Made by a program: the position numbers and the translations under genes. From Antedon mediterranea (lineage: Eukaryota; Animalia; Echinodermata): a stretch of DNA of 64,000 bases. The stretch spans positions 31,744,001-31,808,000 of the forward strand of contig NC_092674.1 in NCBI RefSeq assembly GCF_964355755.1, given 5' to 3'. The notes below the pieces were generated by a model. It had not been told where the DNA came from and did no database searches. It was given only the letters and a program-made list of their open reading frames with translations. Shown in pieces: positions 14,197-26,300 of the stretch; the first letter of the stretch is position 1, and each line of letters begins with the position of its first letter.

Positions 14197-14908
14197 CACA
14201 ACACAATTTTATTTTACGGTGTTTCTTTTGTAAAGTGATACTAATTCGATTAATTAGGCAGACTATTATTAAAGTGATTATTTTATCCCCCAACTCAAAT
14301 CACCCCTACTTCAGTTGTTCAATCAATATTGTTTTAACGATTGGATTAAATATTTAGCACTAATTAAGGACTGTAAGTATTTAATGCTGTAAACTTGAAG
14401 AGATAATAATTAAAAGTCATGTGATTATACATTGATCGTTGTTTTGGAAACACTTTGGACTCGTCTATTAATTGTTGCTAAATTTGTTTTGTTATTATTT
14501 TAATTAAAACGTAGTAAATTTTATTTGAATTAAATAAATTATTTTAAAATAATAGTGAGGTAGTATATAAGTATTTTACATTCTTATTGTTACCTATTTT
14601 ATGAATTTATTTAAATACAGTTGTTGCTCATAAAACGATTATTACCCCACCAATACATAGTGTAGCTGACCGTGTTCATTAATGCGTGACACAACACAAC
14701 CTGTCTCAGCTGAAGGATCGATGAGGTCCGTCCGACGTCTGTTGTGTTTAAATGTAATTCTTATGTTGTTTTTTACAGTCTCTAGTTACCATTTTTTCAA
14801 ATACATATGCGATGTGAATCCATAAATGAGGTATGTAAATATAAATGACCAATAGGCAATATCATCGTTCCTCTAGCCTGACACAGGTTGGTCTAGGCCT
14901 GGCCCTAG

Positions 14909-15862
14909 CGAATACAGATCACTCCGGCCGCGCTTCACTCCGGCCGCGCTTCAATCCGGCCGCGATTCATTCCGGCCGCGATTCATTCCGGCCGCAGCTA
15001 TGGAGCGCCCAATGAGTCTTTTACAACCGAGACACGTTTTTTGTAGAGAATCAAAATAAACATTTGTAATCATACAGTATATTTTTTCTCTTTCAGGATC
15101 ACAACAACATCGCAAGTGTTTTAAATTAGGTCTAATGCTAGAACAAAATAATGTATGTGTTTTATCCAATGTAATAGGCTAGTATATTAATTGTAATGTG
15201 ATTAATTATGTAATTTATTGCAATGTACCCTATATGTCATTTTATTTTTATCATATATAAATTAAAATATAAAATCATTGTAAATTGGACTGTACAAAAA
15301 TGATATATTAATTCTTGATACAATTCCAGGTAACATTAATTAGACGGATATTTGATTATTTGAAATAAATAAATTAATATTGTAAATATTGTTATTAACT
15401 ATAATTAGTAAGTATGGGTACTGGCAAGATAAAGTGTTATAAAAATAAGGGTTTTAACTAATTTTTAATGTTAATAAATGTAAAGCTATAAAAATAAATG
15501 TACATAGAAAGAAATTAAATATTGTTATTCAAGCATTAATTAAACGGGTATTTGATTATTATTTTATTATTGAATTTAATTAAGTTAAGTTTAGTTTGAA
15601 AGAAAAAGCAGTTCCAACTTCTTTGAATGTTATTGTTAATGAAACAAGTAAAATTGTTGCTAATAAATATTCAACTAGTTCCATTTAAATTCACCAAGAA
15701 TTTGTTATAACACTGAACAGTATAGAAAACGTAGATATGGGCGCTCCATACTAACGGCCCCTTTGCACAGGAAGTCAAATTGAATAGCGGCCGGAGTGCA
15801 TAACATCGCGCTAAACTGATACGGCGGCCGGAGTGAAGCGCGGCCGGAGTGATCGGCTACCG
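14909..15862. mobile_element. Non-autonomous DNA transposon (954 bp) with 16-bp subterminal repeats and a 6-bp TSD
   Basis: Inverted ends contain GATCACTCCGGCCGCGCTTCACTCCGGCCGC. CCCTAG is duplicated at 14903-14908 and 15863-15868. Internal inverted TATGGAGCGCCC/GGGCGCTCCATA; AT-rich core. Confidence 0.82.
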
Positions 15863-15961
15863 CCCTAGCTAGGAGGTAGGAGGAGGCCTAGCCTACGTCA
15901 CTAAATAAAAGAGTAGGCCCTAGCTAGACAGGTCTACCACCACATCAGCAGTAGCAGTATG

Positions 15962-16135
15962 CTAATCTATGGAACGCCATCGCTGCCTCCGGCAGCAAAC
16001 TTTAGTTATATTCTGCTCTTTTTAGCATTACGTTCGGCTCTTCTTTAGCATTCGGCGCATTTCTATTCGGCCCATTTACCATTACGTTCGGCTCTTTCAG
16101 CATTCGGCTCTTTTTTATTCAACTCATTTACCATC
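15962..16135. repeat. Degenerate short-repeat cluster (CATTACGTTCGGCTC / GCATTCGGC), probable transposon end remnant
   Basis: Several TTCGGC-containing short repeats. ATCTATGGAACGCCA is shared with ~46567. Confidence 0.5.
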
Positions 16136-16398
16136 ATAACAGTACGTACATTTCTTTGCGAGAAAATCTATTCTAGGCTAGGCCTATATAAGAATAAAAT
16201 CTTTAACACTTCAAACTCGTTCAATTTGTTGCATTTTATGGATTGATTGATTGGAATAATACGTAAAAGCAACAAAAAGAGAGGTTTAAGACTGATTTAA
16301 GACTCCTTCGAGTAGGCTTTAATTTTAGACCGCTGACAGGTTAGACCGCAGTATAGCAATGGTCTGTAAATAAAGACTACTTGCTACGTCACGAATTA

Positions 16399-17115
16399 CT
16401 GAATACTAAATACTGAATACTGAAATGCTTTATTTGTCCATCATCATAAAATAACATCAGAAATTCTTCTTGAAGATTGACAATTATTAATACAATAATA
16501 AATAGATATACAATATAATATACACACACACACAATTGCACAAAAAATATAAGTTATGAAACACGGTGTAAAAATGACTAGGTATAAAAATTGAGAAGGA
16601 TTTAGGAGATTAAAATAGTTTAAAACAGCTTTAAGAGGATTAAAACAGCTTTAAAAGGATTCAAACCATTAGAATGTTCCTAAAACCTTTACAATTTATA
16701 AATTGCTAAAATTTCAAATAGGCTAAAAATGTTTAAAATGTTTAAAAATATTAAAAATATAAAAACATTTATAAATTGAACAAAATTTACGTTTTAAAAG
16801 TTTCATTGTTTACATAGTCTTGTATTACATAACATTTTATCGATGGTGATGTGAATTATTTATATGAATAGCATTTGCAACAAAGGCATATCTCGATCTG
16901 TTTGTCTTAGTTATTGGAACATGTATTCTACCATTGCGTTTGATAATAAAGTATTTGCTAAGGGGATGATCAACATCCTTAATTATTTTATGAGCTGCCT
17001 TCACTATCCAATCTATGTATATTTCATCTAACTGCACCAACGGATCTTTAACAATATATTCAGCTTTCCTTGTAATGCGATTCAATTTCTTTTTATCTTT
17101 TTTATTAATATTTTC
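16399..17115 (-). mobile_element. 5'-truncated LINE 3' remnant (L2/Rex1/Crack-like ORF2 C-terminus plus tandem tail)
   Basis: Minus-strand ORF KAAHKIIKDVDHPLSKYF...GRIHVPITKTNRSRYAFVANAI resembles non-LTR ORF2 C-termini. The minus-strand 3' end reads AATAAAGCATT(TCAGTAT)n. Confidence 0.7.
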
Positions 17116-17323
17116 ATAATTGAAATTGAAGCGCTAAGACCGTTTATAGACCGCTTATAGCAATCCGCCCCAGGTGCCAAAACAACATTGCACTCTTAAT
17201 TGATGATGTCATTAAGAGTGCAATAGAAGAGTTAATATCATGTGACCCAAAAACTTCCAATCATTATGAGAATGATCAAAATGAAATCTAAATATTTATC
17301 CCCATAGTATCCAGGTTGCAGAT

Positions 17324-20300
17324 ATGGCAAAGTTAGATTTGAACATTCGTGGGTCGCAAGTTGGAATGGCCGGGTTTGAACAGCATCTGAAACAACTCAA
17401 AGAATCTCAGGTATACCTAATTGAAACTTTCTTCATATTATTTAATTTTATTTACTTTTCTATAACATCAAATATTAAATTGCTTTATGTGCTGAATTAT
17501 AATTAAAATTAATATTGATTTTGTTTATCATTTTTTATTAATTTTTGTCTATAGCTGATGAAATCTTCCGAGTTTATAGACATGTTTAAAACTGCAGAGA
17601 AATTTCACCACGATATGAAACTATCTTACTTAACTTGCCGAAATAAAAGTTCCTTAAACCAGCAAGCTGAGGACAGTCAATTTTATAATATTTTGTTAAA
17701 TATGATGAGAGAAATAGCTAGGTAAATAACATTGTTTTTAATCTTAAAGCTTGTGAAATATATTTGTTTTAATCACAACTTCCCTTTTCTTTTATATACT
17801 ATGATATCTTTTGTAGGGTTCTAAGATACTTTTTCTATTTTTAGACTATAAGTATAATTGCCATTTCTATATAAAACCCACAATATTTGCTATACTTGGC
17901 TCAAGTCTGTAGTTATTGTCTTTTTTATGTTATTCCACCAGTAGGCATTTCGATTTTTGTCTGAATTGTGAGCTCAAGTATTATACGTATGAAACACCAT
18001 TATGTGCCAAAATATTTATCCTTTAACTAATTTTGGTCTAGAACCTAGACTATATTTGCTACTGCCACATTGTCACCTTTTTTTCAAGTTAAGTTACTTA
18101 CTTACTGACTGTGTGGACATTGCCTGTCCAATATCAATGTTTGCTGAATACCACAGATCAATAAAAGACACAATGTAGTACAGTACCTCTCATTGTGTTT
18201 ACTACTTTCAATTCATCATTGTACAATTAACAATATAACCACAGTCTTGTCACTTTCCCTAGCATTAATGGAATAAAGCAAAGAGAAGAAGTGAAGAAAC
18301 TCTATCGTTGGTTTAAAACAAATCAGGGAGTTTTAAATTCAAGTTCAGTAAGTAGGACAAAGCACTTTCTTGACCTACCAATTGCACTGTATACTTTGTT
18401 TACAAACTATTGAACCTATTTGGTCATTTGTATTAAAACCTTTTATTAGTTTGATCATACAGTACTTTACATATCCAGTTTTGTTTAATAAAGACTCTCC
18501 TTATAACTGACTTTTAAATACATTCATTCACCTCTATTCTCTTTGCTTATTTAGCATTTTAATAGCTCAAAGCAAGGTGTCTACAAGCAACCACTGCTAA
18601 ACTTTTCTGACGATGCTATTAAGTTCTATTCAGTACCCCTGGATAAACGAAACAAGAGTGGCAATAAAGTGACCTTTTTGGACAATGGTAGGGCCTCGAG
18701 ACAGTCTTCAACCAAGGGAAGTTTGCTAGAAAGTAACAAGCGTATCACTAAGAAACCTGAGGGAGCTAACAGACCTTACACTGCTCCTGCTCAAAGACTA
18801 CACAGGCCTAAGGTAGTATAGTTATTAGTACAATTCTATTTTTGATGATCCATGATGATAATTTTTAATAAAATGTACTTAAAATTTGTATTTTTAGATT
18901 GGAAATAACCTTTCATCGTCTTCATCAAATCCACAAGTATTTGATTCCCCTAGCTTAACTGCACAGAATGTGTCCACACACCAACCTAAGCAGTATTCAT
19001 ATAATAGACCTGCAACTGCTATTGGAATTATGAGTCATAACGCTAGCTCTGTTGATGAGGTAAGCATTACATATAGTATTCAATCACAGTGATATTGTTC
19101 ATTATTATTAATGAAATGCTTAAACAAGACTACATTATATGCTGAAATGGTTAATTGATCTTAAAGTTGATTAATTACAGACGATTGCTTGTACTTCATC
19201 ACTTCCTTCAACTGATAATGGTGTCTCAAAACCCATATCAGACAACAAGTGTACAGATTGTGTTGAGGATGACGCTATTGCACAAGAAGAAAACAATCAG
19301 TTTCCAATGCCTCATCTTGTGAATCCTGTGGCCCAACATCAATTTGTGGAGAATCATGATGATTGTCTGCCTTCAAATAAAGTTGTCTCAATACATGTAG
19401 TTGTCCCAGGTAAAGAATGTAATGTTCTATTTTATTTTTACTGAAATCAGAGTCATATTGTTTCTATAGAGATAATGGCAGGTTTTGTATATAAATTAAT
19501 ATTAGTACTACATGATATGTCACTTGCTTTCTGTAGATAATGGATCACCTCAGACAGTTCGTGAGCAGGAGACGCCTTTGGAAAAATGGACGCAATACCA
19601 CAATGCCCAGATTTATGGTGAAGATATAATTGGGACACATCAGTTATTTGGCAGGAGTGGTTCCCCTGCTGGTATCAGGTACACAGCTCATGATGGAGGT
19701 GAAAATCCTGAACTTTATACCAGACAAGTCATTTCTAACTATGCATTGGAAAATGAATCATCAACAGGTATACTTAAAATAATGTGATTATTCTGCCACC
19801 ATTATCAAACTGCTTGTAATGTGTTCAATGTCATAATGCGCACATTGGTTTTTCATTTACAGTAGATTGTGGAAAACAGGAGGCCCTGGTCTACCAGTCA
19901 CTTGAAGATTTCTATAAAAGTATAGAAGAGTATAAACCTGGAAAAACAAAGTCAACAAGTCACTCAAAGTCAGCCAAACACATAAGAGGTCATACATCCG
20001 ATGACATTGAAGATGGCATTTCAAAGAGGTATTTTATTTGTTTTAGATCATATTTTACTTTAATAAAAATCAAATTAATTAATTAATGATGTATTGAAAA
20101 CAAATTATGTTTATTTATTAACTCATTTTTACAGGGAGTTGCCAGGCAATGGCAAATACACTAAGGTACATTTTGAATCTATTGTTAAACTCTCTGGAGA
20201 CATTGGGGAAAAGATGAGCAACTCAAAAGAAAAGGTATCATACTTTATAATTAATTCACAATTTAAGATTTTATCATCAGTACATACAATATAAAAACTG

Positions 20301-23300
20301 TATTGAACATTGTGTGTACCAATACTCATCATGCTGTTTATCATCAGTACATGCAATATAAAAACTGTATGGAACATTGTGTGTACCAATATACTCATCA
20401 TGCTGTTTATCATCAGTACATGCAATATAAAAACTGTATGGAACATTGTGTGTACCAATACTCATCATGCTGTTTATCATCAGTACATGCAATATAAAAA
20501 CTGTATGGAACATTGTGTGTACCAATATACTCATCATGCTGTTTATCATCAGTACATGCAATATAAAAACTGTATGGAACATTGTGTGTACCAATATACT
20601 CATCATGCTGTTTATCATCAGTACATGCAATATAAAAACTGTATGGAACATTGTGTGTACCAATATACTCATCATGCTGTTTATCATCAGTACATGCAAT
20701 ATAAAAACTGTATGGAACATTGTGTGTACCAATATACTCATCATGCTGTTTATCATCAGTACATTGTGTGTACCAACATACTCATCATGCTGTTTATCAT
20801 CAGTACATTGTATGTACCAATATACTCATCATGCTGTTTATCATCAGTACATTGTGTGTAACAATATACTCATCATGCTGTTTATCATCAGTACATTGTG
20901 TGTACCAACATTGTGTGTACCAATATACTCATCATGCTGTTTATCATCAGTACATTGTGTGTACCAATATACTCATCATGCTGTTTATCATCAGTACATT
21001 GTATGTACCAATATACTCATCATGCTGTTTATCATCAGTACATTGTGTACACCAATATACTCATCATGCTGTTTATCATCAGTACATTGTGTGTACCAAT
21101 ATACTCATCATGCTGTTTATCATCAGTACATTGTGTACACCAATATACTCATCATGCTGTTTATCATCAGTACATTGTGTGTACCAATATACTCATCATG
21201 CTGTTTCCAGTGGAATTGAAATGAATGTGTACTTAATACAGTAGTACAATAAAATAAACAATACAATATTTATAAATTCTTTGTATAACATTTATTTCCT
21301 GCTTGTTGTTTTGTTATTAGCTCTCTCCGGATCCAAAAGCAGGCTTTCGGAAACCATCAGTGACTATTAATGGTCGACCTCACACAGCGCCACCACAAAG
21401 TGGTAGGATTAAGCTGTACAATAGCTCACCTGTGCCACCTCCAAACAGTTACAGACCTGCATCCACATGGTAAGTATGCCTATTTAATAGCTCACATGTG
21501 TCTCCTCCAAACAGTTATAGACCTGCGTCCACATGGTAAGTATGCCTATTTAATAGCTCACATGTGTCTCCTCCAAACAGTTATAGACCTGCATCCACTT
21601 GGTAAGTATGCCTATTTAATAGCTCACATGTGTCTCCTCCAAACAGTTATAGACCTGCATCCACTTGCTAAGTATGCCTATTTAATAGCTCACATGTGTC
21701 TCCTCCAAACAGTTTTAGACCTGCATCCACATGGTAAGTATGCCTATTTAATAGCTCACCTGTGCCACCTCCAAACAGTTATAGACCTGCGTCCACATTG
21801 TAAGTATGCCTATTTAATAGCTCACCTGTGCCACTTCCAAACAATTACAGACCCTCATCCACATGGTAAGTATGCCTATTTAATAGCTCACATGTGTCTC
21901 CTCCAAACAGTTATAGACCTGCATCCACATGGTAAGTATGCCTATTTAATAGCTCACCTGTGCCACCTCCAAACAGTTATAGACCTGCGTCCACATGGTA
22001 AGTATGCCTATTTAATCGCTCACCTGTGCCACCTCCAAACAATTACAGACCCTCGTCCACATGGTAAGTATGCCTATTTAATAGCTCACATGTGTCTCCT
22101 CCAAACAGTTATAGACCTGCATCCACATGGTAAGTATGCCTATTTAATAGCTCACCTGTGCCTCCTCCAAACAGTTACAGTCCACACGGTAACTACAGTA
22201 TCTCTGTCAATAGCACACCGTCCACATAGTATGCTTTTTTTAATAACAGCCAAAGACAATTTTTTTTGGCACACATTAGAGAAATATTGTTATTAATGTT
22301 ATTTTATTTCAGATTGAGTAATAATATTGTTTCTTGTCATTATTATTTTAATTCTAATTTGTTTTAATTTTTCAGTTCACAATCCTCCATTGATTATACC
22401 CCAAGAAACAAGAGAGGTGAACCTATTATTATGCTACCAGAGAAATCAGAATATACTGTGCACATGAGGCCTGATGAAAGAAATCATGCAGTTGCACCAG
22501 TTTGTAATGGCAACTTAGCTCCAGAGATGCAACATTACAGGCAAGTCTTTTTAAAATATTCTTGCTCTACACAACTTTTACCATGAAAGAACAAACTGTT
22601 TGCTTTCAGTTTGCTATATTTTTTAAACATTTTCCCAACAGATGGCAAAATACTGGATTGGGAAATGTAACATGTTATAACAGGTAAAATGGTGTCACCC
22701 AACATGAGCACATCAACAAATTAATGTATTCAATGCTTTTGACTTACTAAAAACTAAATTTATATTATGTTATCTATTGAAATGTCTCTCTAAAATATTA
22801 ATTTATGTATTTATACAATGTAAGACTACTTTAAAATACTACTTCTCAATCAAGCTTATAACATTCTTTAAAACATTAATTTATCTAACAAAACTTGTCA
22901 CATACACACACACAAAATACAGTTTTATATGTATAAGTATCCGGTGCTTTTCCTTTCTATTCTTTAAACAAAAATTCTTTACTTTAATTATTAATACTTT
23001 TTAAATCTTATATTTGTGTAGTTTGAAGTCTTGATACTGCTGTATATGTACTGAATTTGCTTCTCTATTTATTTGTGTAGTTTGAAGTCTTGATACTGCT
23101 GTATATGTACTGAATTTGCTTCTCTATTTATTTGTGTAGTTTGTAGTCTTGATACTGCTGTATATGTACTGAATTTGCTTCTCTATTTATTTGTGTAGTT
23201 TGATGTCTTGATACTGCTGTATATGTACTGAATTTGCTTCTCTATTTATTTGTGTAGTTTGAAGTCTTGATACTGCTGTATATGTACTGAATTTGCTTCT

Positions 23301-26300
23301 CTATTTATTTGTGTAGTTTGTAGTCTTGATACTGCTGTATATGTACTGAATTTGCTTCTCTATTTATTTGTGTAGTTTGAAGTCTTGATACTGCTGTATA
23401 TGTACTGAATTTGCTTCTCTATTTATTTGTGTAGTTTGAAGTCTTGATACTGCTGTATATGTACTGAATTTGCTTCTCTATTTATTTGTGTAGTTTGAAG
23501 TCTTGATACTGCTGTATATGTACTGAATTTGCTTCTCTATTTATTTGTGTAGTTTGTAGTCTTGATACTGCTGTATATGTACTGAATTTGCTTCTCTATT
23601 TATTTGTGTAGTTTGTAGTCTTGATACTGCTGTATATGTACTGAATTTGCTTCTCTATTTATTTGTGTAGTTTAAAGTCTTGATACTGCTGTATATGTAC
23701 TGAATTTGCTTCTCTATATATTTGTGTAGTTTAAAGTCTTGATACTGCTGTATATGTACTGAATTTGCTTCTCTATTTATTTGTGTAGTTTGTAGTCTTG
23801 ATACTGCTGTATATGTACTGAATTTGCTTCTCTATTTATTTGTGTAGTTTGTAGTCTTGATACTGCTGTATATGTACTGAATTTGCTTCTCTATTTATTT
23901 GTGTAGTTTGTAGTCTTGATACTGCTGTATATGTACTGAATTGCTTCTCTATTTATTTGTGTAGTTTGAAGTCTTGATACTGCTGTATATGTACTGAATT
24001 TGCTTCTCTATTTATTTGTGTAGTTTGAAGTCTTGATACTGCTGTATATGTACTGAATTTGCTTCTCTATTTATTTGTGTAGTTTGTAGTCTTGATACTG
24101 CTGTATATGTACTGAATTTGCTTCTCTATTTATTTGTGTAGTTTGAAGTCTTGATACTGCTGTATATGTACTGAATTTGCTTCTCTATTTATTTGTGTAG
24201 TTTGTAGTCTTGATACTGCTGTATATGTACTGAATTTGCTTCTCTATTTATTTGTGTAGTTTGAAGTCTTGATACTGCTGTATATGTACTGAATTTGCTT
24301 CTCTATTTATTTGTGTAGTTTGAAGTCTTGATACTGCTGTATATGTACTGAATTTGCTTCTCTATTTATTTGTGTAGTTTGTAGTCTTGATACTGCTGTA
24401 TATGTACTGAATTTGCTTCTCTATTTATTTGTGCAGTTTGAAGTCTTGATACTGCTGTATATGTACTGAATTTGCTTCTCTATTTATTTGTGTAGTTTGT
24501 AGTCTTGATACTGCTGTATATGTACTGAATTTGCTTCTCTATTTATTTGTGTAGTTTGAAGTCTTGATACTGCTGTATATATACTGAATTTGCTTCTCTA
24601 TTTATTTGTGTAGTTTGAAGTCTTGATACTGCTGTATATGTAATGAATTTGCTTCTCTATTTATTTGTGTAGTTTGTAGTCTTGATACTGCTGTATATGT
24701 ACTGAATTTGCTTCTCTATTTATTTGTGTAGTTTGTAGTCTTGATACTGCTGTATATGTACTGAATTTGCTTCTCTATTTATTTGTGTAGTTTGTAGTCT
24801 TGATACTGCTGTATATGTACTGAATTTGCTTCTCTATTTATTTGTGCAGTTTGTAGTCTTGATACTGCTGTATATGTAATGAATTTGCTTCTCTATTTAT
24901 TTGTGCAGTTTGTAGTCTTGATACTGCTGTATATGTACTGAATTGCTTCTCTATTTATTTGTGTAGTTTGTAGTCTTGATACTGCTGTATATGTACTGAA
25001 TTTGCTTCTCTATTTATTTGTGTAGTTTGAAGTCTTGATACTGCTGTATATGTACTAAATTTGCTTCTCTATTTATTTGTGTAGTTTGATGTCTTGATAC
25101 TGCTGTATATATACTGAATTTGCTTCTCTATTTATTTGTGTAGTTTGAAGTCTTGATACTGCTGTATATGTACTGAATTTGCTTCTCTATTTATTTGTGT
25201 AGTTTGATGTCTTGATACTGCTGTATATATACTGAATTTGCTTCTCTATTTATTTGTGTAGTTTGAAGTCTTGATACTGCTGTATATATACTGAATTTGC
25301 TTCTCTATTTATTTGTGTAGTTTGATGTCTTGATACTGCTGTATATGTACTGAATTTGCTTCTCTATTTATTTGCGTAGTTTGTAGTCTTGATACTGCTG
25401 TATATGTACTGAATTTGCTTCTCTATTTATTTGTGTAGTTTGTAGTCTTGATACTGCTGTATATGTACTGAATTTGCTTCTCTATTTATTTGTGTAGTTT
25501 GTAGTCTTGATACTGCTGTATATGTACTGAATTTTCTTCTCTATTTATTTGTGTAGTTTGAAGTCTTGATACTGCTGTATATGTACTGAATTTGCTTCTC
25601 TATTTATTTGTGTAGTTTGTAGTCTTGATACTGCTGTATATGTACTGAATTTGCTTCTCTATTTATTTGTGTAGTTTGTAGTTTGTAGTCTTGATACTGC
25701 TGTATATGTACTCAATTTGCTTCTCTATTTATTTGTGTAGTTTGTAGTCTTGATACTGCTGTATATGTACTGAATTTGCTTCTCTATTTATTTGTGTAGT
25801 TTGAAGTCTTGATACTGCTGTATATGTACTCAATTTGCTTCTCTATTTATTTGTGTAGTTTGAAGTCTTGATACTGCTGTATATGTACTCAATTTGCTTC
25901 TCTATTTATTTGTGTAGTTTGTAGTCTTGATACTGCTGTATATGTACTGAATTTGCTTCTCTATTTATTTGTGTAGTTTGAAGTCTTGATACTGCTGTAT
26001 ATGTACTGAATTTGCTTCTCTATTTATTTGTGTAGTTTGTAGTCTTGATACTGCTGTATATGTACTCAATTTGCTTCTCTATTTATTTGTGTAGTTTGTA
26101 GTCTTGATACTGCTGTATATGTACTGAATTTGCTTCTCTATTTATTTGTGTAGTTTGAAGTCTTGATACTGCTGTATATGTACTGAATTTGCTTCTCTAT
26201 TTATTTGTGTAGTTTGAAGTCTTGATACTGCTGTATATGTACTGAATTGCTTCTCTATTTATTTGTGTAGTTTGAAGTCTTGATACTGCTGTATATGTAC

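Larger units (their letters stand above)
7413..14518 (+). repeat. Head-to-tail segmental duplication (~3.2-kb unit) containing the carboxypeptidase gene
   Basis: AAGTTTAAACTWATCTGGTATA starts both units (~7413 and ~10650). The 3' flank ending ...AAACGYAGTAAA recurs at ~10640-10650 and ~14508-14518. Confidence 0.88.

Noticed and set aside
16280-17172. Harbinger-like MITE around the LINE remnant (AGACCGC...ATAGCAAT repeats, CCGCCCC end)
   Set aside because: Only one plausible terminus found and no TSD.
20270-21206. Hammerhead ribozyme in the satellite (minus strand CTGATGA)
   Set aside because: No downstream GAAA core or stem II/III pairing seen.
20129-22296. ORFs of 100-308 aa over the 69/44-bp and 66-bp arrays
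   Set aside because: They stay open only because unit lengths are multiples of three or lack stops. The 308-aa ORF is out of frame with the host exon.
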